Translations under genes and position numbers: made by a program | Shown here: piece after piece, positions 9,244 to 16,515 of the stretch | How the letters are laid out: each line of letters opens with the position of its first letter | Position numbering within the stretch: position 1 is the first letter of the stretch | The notes under the pieces: model-generated | What the model saw: the letters and a program-made list of their open reading frames with translations, nothing else | The model's database searches: none | Told to the model about the DNA's origin: nothing | Origin: Gemmatimonadota bacterium | GTDB taxonomy: Bacteria; Gemmatimonadota; Gemmatimonadetes; Longimicrobiales; RSA9 | Reading direction: 5' to 3' | DNA length: 16,515 nucleotides | Assembly (NCBI GenBank): GCA_040905425.1 | Contig: JBBDRO010000107.1 | Span: 1 to 16,515, forward strand

Positions 9244-9834
9244 TTGAAGTGGATTCTCTGGGCCGGCGCGCTCACGCCGCTGGCCCTGCTCGTGTGGCTG
9301 GGTTTCACGGACGGCCTCAGCGCCAACCCCATCGAGCAGATCACGCACTGGACGGGGACCACGGCGCTCGTGCTGCTCATGGTCACGCTGGCGGTGACGC
9401 CGCTGCGGCGTCTTACGGGCAGCAACCGGCTCGTGAAGCTGCGGCGCCCGCTCGGCCTCTTTGCCTTCTTCTACGCCACCCTCCACTTCCTCACCTGGCT
9501 GGCCATCGACCAGTTCTTCTACTGGGAAGACATCGTGGCCGACGTGCTGAAGCGGCCCTACATCACCGTGGGACTGCTGGCCTGGCTGCTCATGATCCCG
9601 CTGGCCGCCACGTCAACGCGCGCCATGATCCGCCGCCTGGGCAAGCGTTGGCAGACGCTGCACCGGCTGGTCTACGTGAGCGGTGTGCTGGGGGTGCTGC
9701 ACTTCTACTGGAAGGCGGCGGCCAAGTCGGACGTGCGCCAGCCGCTGATCTTCGCGGGGGTGCTGGCGCTGCTGCTGGCACTCCGCATCCCGCTGTGGGT
9801 GCAGCGCGCCCGCCGGCGCCGGGTCAGCCCGTGA
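9244..9834 (+). CDS. msrQ: Protein-methionine-sulfoxide reductase heme-binding membrane subunit MsrQ (YedZ), about 196 aa
   Basis: TTG at 9244, one nt after the msrP stop (alternative ATG at 9190). ANPIEQITHWTG, TLAVTPLR, RRPLGLFAFFYATLH, KRPYITVG, PLAATS, WQTLHRLVY, LHFYW with heme His residues. Confidence 0.94.
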   Translation: MKWILWAGALTPLALLVWLGFTDGLSANPIEQITHWTGTTALVLLMVTLAVTPLRRLTGSNRLVKLRRPLGLFAFFYATLHFLTWLAIDQFFYWEDIVADVLKRPYITVGLLAWLLMIPLAATSTRAMIRRLGKRWQTLHRLVYVSGVLGVLHFYWKAAAKSDVRQPLIFAGVLALLLALRIPLWVQRARRRRVSP

Positions 9835-10381
9835 GCTCCTCGAGCGCGCTCCGGTAGATCTCCAGGTCGCGGTCCGAGAAGAGTACGAAGCGGACCTCCG
9901 TGAAGCTCCCGCGCGTGGCCCCCAGCTGGCCGCGGATCGTGGCCAGCGCCACCAGCGCCGCGCTGGCCGTGGGATAACCGTAAGCGCCGGTGCTTATGGA
10001 GGGGAAGGCAACGGTGCGCAGGCCCTCGTCGGCCGCCACGCGCAGCGTGTTGCGGTACGCATCGGCCAGCAGCTCATCCTCGCGCTCCCCGCCCCCGCGC
10101 CAGACCGGCCCCACGGTGTGGATCACGAAACGGGCGGGCAGCTCGCCCGCCTCGGTCAGCACGGCGCCACCTGTGGGCAGACCACCCGGATAGCGCGCCC
10201 GCCGGATCTCGCGGCAGGCCTCGAGGATGCGCGGCCCACCCCGGGCGTGAATGGCGCCGTCGACCCCCGCTCCGCCCAACAGCGAACTGTTGGCGGCGTT
10301 GACCACCGCGTCCACCCGCTGCTCGGTGATGTCGCCGCGGACGAGCGTGAGCCTGTCCGCGCCTGTGCGTTCCTTGCTCAC
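9824..10381 (-). CDS. ymdB: Macrodomain protein, O-acetyl-ADP-ribose deacetylase / ADP-ribosylhydrolase (YmdB/MacroD-type), 185 aa
   Basis: GDIT, DAVVNAANSSLLGGAGVDGAIH, VIHTVGPVW, AFPSISTGAYGYP; GTG start 10 nt after the upstream gene's stop. Confidence 0.92.
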   Translation of the reverse strand: MSKERTGADRLTLVRGDITEQRVDAVVNAANSSLLGGAGVDGAIHARGGPRILEACREIRRARYPGGLPTGGAVLTEAGELPARFVIHTVGPVWRGGGEREDELLADAYRNTLRVAADEGLRTVAFPSISTGAYGYPTASAALVALATIRGQLGATRGSFTEVRFVLFSDRDLEIYRSALEELTG

Positions 10382-10391
10382 CCGGCCAAGA

Positions 10392-13022
10392 TCAGCGCAC
10401 CGCCGCGCGCGAATCGGGAAGCACCCGCGCCAGCGTAGTGGCGCTCACGCCCGCGCCGCTCACGCGTACAACGTACGCGCCCGGCAGCGCCTCCCGACCG
10501 CCCCGGAAGCCGCCCTCCCCTTCGGGCGCCTGCATACGGAGATCCCAGCGCACGCGATTCATGCCATACTCCCCGGGTCCGCTCAGAGTGGCCACCACCT
10601 CCCCGCCGGCGTCAAAGACCTCTACCTCCACACCCTCGGGCTGCGCGCTGCCCAGCCAGTAGGTGAGCAGCACACCGCGCGGCCGCGACTCCCCGAACTG
10701 CATGGCCATGCCCGTGGAACGGTAGCCGATGCCCTCGGCCTGATTGTAGGCAATGGCCGGCGCGGGCTCGAAGACGGCGAGCGGTTGCCCGGCCAGCGCG
10801 GGACGGCGGGCCAGCTCCCGCACAGGTTGGATGTCATCCAGAATCCAGATGGCGCGGCCATGCGTGCCCAGCACCAGGTCGTGATCGCGGGGATGGATTA
10901 CCAGGCTGCGCACGGGCACCGCCGGAAACCCGCCATCCCACTTCGTCCAGGCCCCTCCACCGTCCACACTCACCCACAGGCCGAACTCGCCGCCCAGGAA
11001 GAGCAGGTCGGGCGTCTCATGGTCCTCCTCGAGGGCGTGCATGAAGCCGAAGAGGTCAGCCGTGGCCAGCGACGTCCACGTCCGCCCCCAGTCGGTGGTG
11101 CGGAAGACGTAGGGCTGCCAGTTGCCGCGCCGGTGGTCGTCGAACACCACGTAGGCGGTGGCCGGATCGTGCTTGGAGGGCTCCACGTGCGGCACCCAGG
11201 TTCCGGCGGGCACATCCGGGATGTTGCGGCCTACGTTCTCCCAGCTGCGGCCGCCGTTCCGGCTGAGCTGCACGTTGCCGTCATCGGTGCCCACCCACAG
11301 GACGCCCGGCGTGAGCTGACTGGTGGCGATGGAGACAATGGTGGTGTGCGTTTCCGCGCCCGTGTTCTCCCGGGTCAGCCCGCCGCTCTCACTCTGTTGC
11401 TGCTTCTCGGGATCGTTCGTGGTGAGGTCCGGGGAGATGATCTCCCACGTCTCGCCGTAGTCCCGGCTGCGATGCACGAACTGGCTGCCCAGGTAGATGG
11501 TGGCCGAATCGATGGCATCCACGTGGAAGCCGGCGTTCCAGTTGAAACGCAGCCGCTCCTCCCCTTCCTCGGCCCGCGGACGGATGCCCTGGCGTTCACC
11601 CGTGACCTTGTCGAAGCGGGCCAGGTTGCCGCCCTGGGACTGGGAGTAGCCGAAGCGGGGGTTGCGGTAGTCGGGGGAGACCCAGAAGCCGTCGCCGCCG
11701 CCCACGCGGCGCCAGTGCGCGTTGGCAATGCCGCGGCTCTCCCATACGGCGCTGGGCCCGTACCACGAGCCATTGTCCTGCATGCCGCCGTAGACGTTGT
11801 AAGGCACGTCGTGATCGATCTCCACGTGGTAGAACTGCCCCACGGGCAGGTTCTCAACGAAGCGCCACGTCTCCCCGTAGTCGTAGGAGAAGGCAATGCC
11901 GCCATCGTTGCCCATGATCAGCCGGTTCGGCTCCTCCGGGTCGATCCACAGCTCGTGGACGTCACCGTGGATGATGGAACTGGAGACCACGGTCTCGAAG
12001 TTCCGGCCGCCGTCCGTGCTCACCTGAATGGAGGAGAAAAGGTTGTAAACGCGCTCGGGGTCCCGCGGGTCCACGCGGATGTCGGCGTAGTAGAAGGGAC
12101 GGTTGGCTATGCCACGCTCGTCGTTCACCGTGCGCCAGCTTCGCCCCCCGTCGTCGGAGCGCACGAGCGCGCTGTTCTCCGCCTCCACGAGGGCGTATAC
12201 GATGCTCGGGTCGTCATAGTGGATGGCCACGCCGATCCGGCCCAGGTCACCCTCCGGCAGGCCGGCCTCGGCGCCGATGCGCGTCCACCCGGTGCCCCCG
12301 TCCTCCGTCACGTAGAGGCCGCTGCCCGGCCCGCCGGACTCGAAGAACCACGGCCAGCGCCGGTACTCCCACATGGCGGCGAACAGCTTGTCGGGATTGG
12401 CCGGGTCCATGACCAGATCGGCCACGCCGGTGCGCTCATCCACGTAGAGGATGTGGTCCCAGCTCCGGCCGCCGTCCGTGGTGCGGTAGACGCCGCGCTC
12501 GGTGCCGTCGCTCCAGGCGGGGCCCATGACGCCCACGTAGGCCACGTCGGGGTCGGTGGGATGGGCAATGACGCGGTGGATGCGCTCGGAATCCTCGAAG
12601 CCCACGCCGCGCCAGCTCTGCCCGCCGTCCTGGCTCTTGTAGAGGCCGTAGCCCACACCGGCCGAGTTACGCGGGTTGCCCTCACCCGTGCCCGCCCAGA
12701 CCACCTCGGGCGCCGCAGGGGAGACGGCCACGGCACCAATGCCCTGCGCGGGGGCATCGTCGAAGATGGGCGTCCAGGTGAGGCCCCCGTCCGGCGAGCG
12801 CCACAGGCCACCCGTGGCGGCGCCCACGTAGATCACGCCGGGGCTGCCGCGCTGCACGTCGATGTCCGCCACGCGGCCGCTCATGCCCGCGGGACCGATG
12901 GAGCGCGGCTGCAGGGCGTCGAAGGCCTGCGTGGGGAGCTGTGCGGCGGCGGGCAGGGCCGCGGCCAGCAGGCTCAGGGTGACCATAAGGACCGGAACGG
13001 CGAGGCGTCGAATCGAAAGCAT
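10392..13022 (-). CDS. Secreted Asp-box (BNR)/VPS10-sortilin-like beta-propeller protein (often annotated as glycosyl hydrolase), 876 aa
   Basis: Signal peptide MLSIRRLAVPVLMVTLSLLAAALPAAA-Q; RSIGPAGMSGRV start; 11 Asp-box-like motifs (e.g. SPDGGLTW, SQDGGQSW, TTDGGRSW, SDDGGRSW, SRDYGETW); GGMQDNGSW, GGGDGF, LGTHGRAIWILDD; C-terminal FlgD-Ig-like segment (GMNRVRWDL...PGAYVVRV). Confidence 0.88.
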   Translation of the reverse strand: MLSIRRLAVPVLMVTLSLLAAALPAAAQLPTQAFDALQPRSIGPAGMSGRVADIDVQRGSPGVIYVGAATGGLWRSPDGGLTWTPIFDDAPAQGIGAVAVSPAAPEVVWAGTGEGNPRNSAGVGYGLYKSQDGGQSWRGVGFEDSERIHRVIAHPTDPDVAYVGVMGPAWSDGTERGVYRTTDGGRSWDHILYVDERTGVADLVMDPANPDKLFAAMWEYRRWPWFFESGGPGSGLYVTEDGGTGWTRIGAEAGLPEGDLGRIGVAIHYDDPSIVYALVEAENSALVRSDDGGRSWRTVNDERGIANRPFYYADIRVDPRDPERVYNLFSSIQVSTDGGRNFETVVSSSIIHGDVHELWIDPEEPNRLIMGNDGGIAFSYDYGETWRFVENLPVGQFYHVEIDHDVPYNVYGGMQDNGSWYGPSAVWESRGIANAHWRRVGGGDGFWVSPDYRNPRFGYSQSQGGNLARFDKVTGERQGIRPRAEEGEERLRFNWNAGFHVDAIDSATIYLGSQFVHRSRDYGETWEIISPDLTTNDPEKQQQSESGGLTRENTGAETHTTIVSIATSQLTPGVLWVGTDDGNVQLSRNGGRSWENVGRNIPDVPAGTWVPHVEPSKHDPATAYVVFDDHRRGNWQPYVFRTTDWGRTWTSLATADLFGFMHALEEDHETPDLLFLGGEFGLWVSVDGGGAWTKWDGGFPAVPVRSLVIHPRDHDLVLGTHGRAIWILDDIQPVRELARRPALAGQPLAVFEPAPAIAYNQAEGIGYRSTGMAMQFGESRPRGVLLTYWLGSAQPEGVEVEVFDAGGEVVATLSGPGEYGMNRVRWDLRMQAPEGEGGFRGGREALPGAYVVRVSGAGVSATTLARVLPDSRAAVR

Positions 13023-13258
13023 GGCGCGTCGGGGATGCGAGGAGCGGGTCGGCTATGTACGGCGCCCGGGGCCCGGGCGGCCGGGCGGGGGCGCCCCGGG
13101 ATTAGTAGCGCGTGGTGCGGTGGAGCGAAAGAGCAGGGCCCCGGGCGGGCGGCTGCGCCCCCCGGGTCAAAAATGCGGGCCAACGTGGGGCACGAACATG
13201 GCGCCACCGGCCATCATCGCACCCGCTCCAGCCTCGCAAACCGTGGCCCCAAAAGCTC

Positions 13259-13287
13259 TTGCGCCATGCCGGCCGTACGTCGATCTT
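13259..13287 (+). promoter_or_regulatory. Possible sigma70-type promoter for rmuC
   Basis: TTGCGC (13259-13264), 17 nt, GATCTT (13282-13287), 43 nt before ATG 13331; weak match. Confidence 0.2.
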
Positions 13288-13330
13288 TCCCTATCGCATT
13301 GTCCCGTCCGCCAGCCGGAGTCCGCCCCCC

Positions 13331-14890
13331 ATGAGCGCCACCCTGGTTCCGCTGCTCCTCGGCCTGCTGCTCGGCGCCGCCACCATCGCCGCCGCCGTGC
13401 GGCTCGGCAGCCGCGCCAGCCGCGGCCTGGACGAGGAGCGCCGTGCCCACCGCGAGGGCGAGTTGCGCGAGGCGCGCGAGCGGGCGGACCGCGCCGAGAC
13501 CGCCCGCGCCGAGTACGAAGCGCAGCTCCGCCAGGAGAGCGAGCGCCGCTCCCGCGCCGAGGCCGCCGCCGAGCGCGTGCCGTCTCTGGAAAAGGCCGTG
13601 GCGGAGCGCGACGCCCGCGTCACCACCATCCTCCGCGAGATGGGCGAGATCCACCAGGAAGTCACGCGGCTGGAATCCCAGCTCACACGGGAGCGCGAGG
13701 GGTTCGCCGAGAAGCAGGCGCTCCTCGACCAGGCCCAGCAGAAGCTCTCCGACGCCTTCAAGGCGCTCTCCTCGGACGCCCTGAAGAGCAACAACGAGCG
13801 CTTCCTGGAGCTGGCCAAGGCGGCCATGGGGGAGCAGAACGAGAAGGCGCGCGGCGAGCTGGAGGCGCGTGCCAAGGCCATCGACTCGGTGGTGAAGCCG
13901 CTCAAGGAGTCACTCGACAAGGTGGACTCGCGCATCGGCGAACTGGAGAAGACCCGTGCGCAGGCCTACGGCACGCTTACCGGCGAGCTCAAGCGCCTCG
14001 GCGAGACGCACGCCCAGCTCCAGTCACAGACCGGCAATCTGGTGCGTGCCCTGCGCGCACCCACCGTGCGTGGCCGCTGGGGGGAGATCCAGCTCAAGCG
14101 CGTGGTGGAGATGGCCGGCATGGTGGAGCGCTGTGACTTCCTCCAGCAGGAATCCGTCACCACCGAGGACGGCCGGCTGCGTCCCGACATGATCGTCCGG
14201 CTGCCGGGTGGACGGAACATCGTGGTGGACGCCAAGGCTCCGCTGCAGGCCTACCTGGACGCCGCCGAGGCCCCCGACAGCGACGAGCGCACCGGGCGCC
14301 TGCAGGCGCACGCCACCCAGTTACGCACGCACATCAAAGCGCTCTCGGCCAAGAGCTACTGGGACCAGTTCGAGTCCGCCGAACTCGTGGTGCTCTTCCT
14401 CCCCGGCGAGATGTTCTACAGCGCCGCGCTCGAGCGTGACCCCAGCCTCATCGAGTACGGCGTGGAGAACCGCATCCTGCTGGCCACGCCCACCACCCTC
14501 ATCGGCCTGCTGCGCGCGGTGGCCCACGGCTGGCGCCAGGAGGAGATCACCCGCAACGCGCAGGAGATCAGCGCGCTCGGCAAGGACCTCTACGACCGCA
14601 TCCGCAGCCTGGCCGGGCACTTCGCCGACGTGCGCAAGCACCTGGACCGCACGGTGGCCTCCTACAACAAGACGGTCGGTTCGCTGGAGGCGCGCGTGCT
14701 GCCCGCCACCCGCAAATTCCTGGACCTGGGCGCCGCCGCGGGCCAGGAGATCCCCGAGCTGCAGATGGTGGAGAAGAGCCCGCGCGCGCTGCAGCAGGAG
14801 GAGCTGGTGCTGGCACTGCCGGGGGAAACGGCGGAGGATGAAAGCGACGAGGATGCGCAGCCTCGCGGCCTGAATCCGGATCCCGATTGA
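13331..14890 (+). CDS. rmuC: DNA recombination protein RmuC, about 519 aa
   Basis: Start re-called at ATG 13331 (GGAG 10 nt upstream). N-terminal TM, long coiled coil, [19 protein letters not shown]-(D/E)xK-like [47 protein letters not shown]. Confidence 0.95.
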   Translation: MSATLVPLLLGLLLGAATIAAAVRLGSRASRGLDEERRAHREGELREARERADRAETARAEYEAQLRQESERRSRAEAAAERVPSLEKAVAERDARVTTILREMGEIHQEVTRLESQLTREREGFAEKQALLDQAQQKLSDAFKALSSDALKSNNERFLELAKAAMGEQNEKARGELEARAKAIDSVVKPLKESLDKVDSRIGELEKTRAQAYGTLTGELKRLGETHAQLQSQTGNLVRALRAPTVRGRWGEIQLKRVVEMAGMVERCDFLQQESVTTEDGRLRPDMIVRLPGGRNIVVDAKAPLQAYLDAAEAPDSDERTGRLQAHATQLRTHIKALSAKSYWDQFESAELVVLFLPGEMFYSAALERDPSLIEYGVENRILLATPTTLIGLLRAVAHGWRQEEITRNAQEISALGKDLYDRIRSLAGHFADVRKHLDRTVASYNKTVGSLEARVLPATRKFLDLGAAAGQEIPELQMVEKSPRALQQEELVLALPGETAEDESDEDAQPRGLNPDPD

Positions 14891-14908
14891 CGCGCGCACC
14901 GGAGCCAT

Positions 14909-14947
14909 GAAGGGGCGGCCACGCATGCGCGGCCGCCCCTTCCTTTG
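14909..14947. terminator. Probable (bidirectional) intrinsic terminator between convergent rmuC and the 14966..15433 gene
   Basis: Perfect 12-bp inverted repeat GAAGGGGCGGCC (14909-14920) / GGCCGCCCCTTC (14931-14942), followed by CTTTGT on the plus strand. Confidence 0.75.
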
Positions 14948-14965
14948 TGCGCGGACGGGACCCTG

Positions 14966-15433
14966 CTAAACGCCGGGTGAGCCGTCCCCCTCCTGGCGCG
15001 GCGGTACGTCACTGCCCGGCTCCGCCGTGCCCACGGGCGCCTCGGAGCCCGAGCCTAGCTGGCCGGCGGGCGCGCCGGTGGTCTCGTCATCGGGACGCCG
15101 CGCGGCGCGCTCGCTCAGGTCCTTGCGCAGCTCCTCGATCTTACGCGACAGCCGCTCCAACAGATTGTCCAGGCGCGGCTGCACCTCGGTCACGAACTCG
15201 TCCACCCTGGGGCGAACCTCCTTCATGGCGGACTCGGCACGCGGCCGCACCTCGGCCATGGCGGCGTCCACCTTGGCGTCCAGCTCCTCCATGGCATGCC
15301 GGATCTTGGGACGCACCTCGTCCAGCGCGGCCTCGAGCCGCACCTGCAGCTCCCGTACGGGATCACGCCGCGCCTCCTGGCTCTCGGTGCCTGGCTCGGT
15401 ACCGGCGGCGCCCGGCTCGTTGTCCTGAGTCAC
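14966..15433 (-). CDS. Hypothetical protein (155 aa) with apolipoprotein-like 11-residue amphipathic helical repeats
   Basis: SD GAGGAGG 6 nt upstream of GTG 15433, preferred over the 15448 start. Tandem 11-mers with recurring EV(R/Q)P; disordered acidic termini; terminator downstream. Confidence 0.75.
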   Translation of the reverse strand: MTQDNEPGAAGTEPGTESQEARRDPVRELQVRLEAALDEVRPKIRHAMEELDAKVDAAMAEVRPRAESAMKEVRPRVDEFVTEVQPRLDNLLERLSRKIEELRKDLSERAARRPDDETTGAPAGQLGSGSEAPVGTAEPGSDVPPRQEGDGSPGV

Positions 15434-15493
15434 GTCCAACCTCCTCACATGGAGCGTCCGGCGCCGGTCACTCCGGCGCCTGGTGTGCTCTCT

Positions 15494-16515
15494 CTACGTA
15501 TCGTTGCGCGACCGCGTTTCGCCAGCATCCCCCGTGCCGTCGGCCCCGCGGGCACCCGGGGCATAGGATTCCACGGCGGCCGCCCGCACCGCCGCGCGGC
15601 TGAAGGGCCGGGGCTTGAAACCCTGCTCGGCGTAGAGGGGCGCCTGGTCGGAGGCATGGGGAGAGGACGGGTATGCGCTCTGGCCGAACGGCAGCACCGT
15701 GTGCGCCTCGACGCCGGCGGGACCGAAGGCCGTGATGCCCACCCAGCTGTGGCCGGCGTGACCTACGCGGCGCTGCTCGCCGGGCGGGCGCACCGCCTCG
15801 AACACGAACGCGGCGTCCGTCCAGGCGGGCGCCCCGGGTGCGGGATAGTCGGGCGGCGCCGCCGCCGTCGCGGGGGCCGGCGGACGCAACCGGTTGACCT
15901 CGCCCCACGGCACGGCGGCCGTGCCCCAGCCCGCGCGCAGCTCCGCGAGCACGGCCTCGAGGGCCGCCAGATGGGGGTAGTCCGCCCGCGCACCGAGGCC
16001 CGCGCGCAGCGCCTCGCCGAGCAGGATCCAGTGCGTGGCCGCCACGCTCCCTTCGTGCAGGGTGCCGTCCCACGCGCGCAGGGTAGCCAGCGGCTCGTCA
16101 AGCGCCTCCACGCGCAGGTGATCCACCACGCCGGCCCGCTCCCACTCGTCCACGAGCGCGGCGAGCAGGGCGTCATCCATACGCACGCGGCCTCGGAAGA
16201 CGGCGGCGGCGAGCATGGGCGCCGTCCAGACGGTATCGGCGCCGAGCACCTGGCGGGCCCAGGCCGCGCTCGCCCTGTCGCCAGCCACGTCCATGTAGGC
16301 GGGGTAGGCCGTGGCATCCGGGCCGCCCGGCACCGCCGTGGCGGCGAAGGGCGAGCCGCCCCCGCGCAGCCACCCGGCCCGGGGCTGGTAGAGGTAGGGC
16401 AGCTCGTCGATGGCGTGATAGCCGTCCCACGCGGTAGCCGGATTCGCGCCATCCACCGGCCGGCCGCGGTCGAAGGCGGGGTCGCGCCGGGGCACGGCGC
16501 CGGCGGGCACGTGCA
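15494..16515 (-). CDS. Penicillin acylase family (Ntn-hydrolase, peptidase S45) protein, C-terminal part of the beta-subunit; 5' end outside the window
   Basis: Frame is open to the window edge (..HVPAGAVPRRDP). PVDGANPATAWDGYHAIDELP, LRAWDG, VPWGEVNRL, GHSWVGITAF and the C-terminal LPFGQSAYPSSPHASDQAPLYA are characteristic of this family. Confidence 0.82.
   Translation of the reverse strand, partial: HVPAGAVPRRDPAFDRGRPVDGANPATAWDGYHAIDELPYLYQPRAGWLRGGGSPFAATAVPGGPDATAYPAYMDVAGDRASAAWARQVLGADTVWTAPMLAAAVFRGRVRMDDALLAALVDEWERAGVVDHLRVEALDEPLATLRAWDGTLHEGSVAATHWILLGEALRAGLGARADYPHLAALEAVLAELRAGWGTAAVPWGEVNRLRPPAPATAAAPPDYPAPGAPAWTDAAFVFEAVRPPGEQRRVGHAGHSWVGITAFGPAGVEAHTVLPFGQSAYPSSPHASDQAPLYAEQGFKPRPFSRAAVRAAAVESYAPGARGADGTGDAGETRSRNDT

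Noticed and set aside
13231..13262. GCAAACC...AAAAGC resembling a cyclic-di-GMP-I riboswitch
   Set aside because: No room for the P2 stem with GNRA loop, and the GACGCAAAGC core is absent.
13112..13330. N-terminal extension of RmuC and other small ORFs in the divergent spacer
   Set aside because: The TM anchor typical of RmuC starts at ATG 13331; the other ORFs lack RBS and protein-like composition.
10251..13334. 1027-aa plus-strand ORF
   Set aside because: Antisense shadow of the Asp-box propeller gene; no recognisable domain.

Overview
A very GC-rich (by eye about 70% or more), densely coding bacterial window with no rRNA, tRNA, CRISPR array or mobile element that I can see. The gene set and secreted-hydrolase style suggest a Gemmatimonadota-like organism, which is inference only. 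Gene order: 5'-truncated MtaD-like amidohydrolase coupled (GTGA overlap) to a class I SAM methyltransferase (+); secreted tricorn-type S41 protease (-); Glu/Leu/Phe/Val dehydrogenase closely resembling animal GDH, with an antenna-like insertion (+); small single-TM orphan with its own UUCG-capped terminator (-); orphan with a TonB/TolA-like TM anchor followed by msrP-msrQ (+); YmdB-like macrodomain and a secreted Asp-box/VPS10-like beta-propeller protein (-); rmuC (+); apolipoprotein-like 11-mer repeat protein and a 5'-truncated penicillin-acylase-family protein (-). The best candidate for an undescribed system is 6990-9834, where two back-to-back ECF-sigma-type promoter motifs face two uncharacterised membrane-anchored proteins, one of which heads the msrPQ operon. 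Other notable items are the antenna-bearing GDH, the acylase homolog that appears to lack a conserved catalytic Asn, and the apolipoprotein-like repeat protein. All family assignments are from motif recognition, not database searches.
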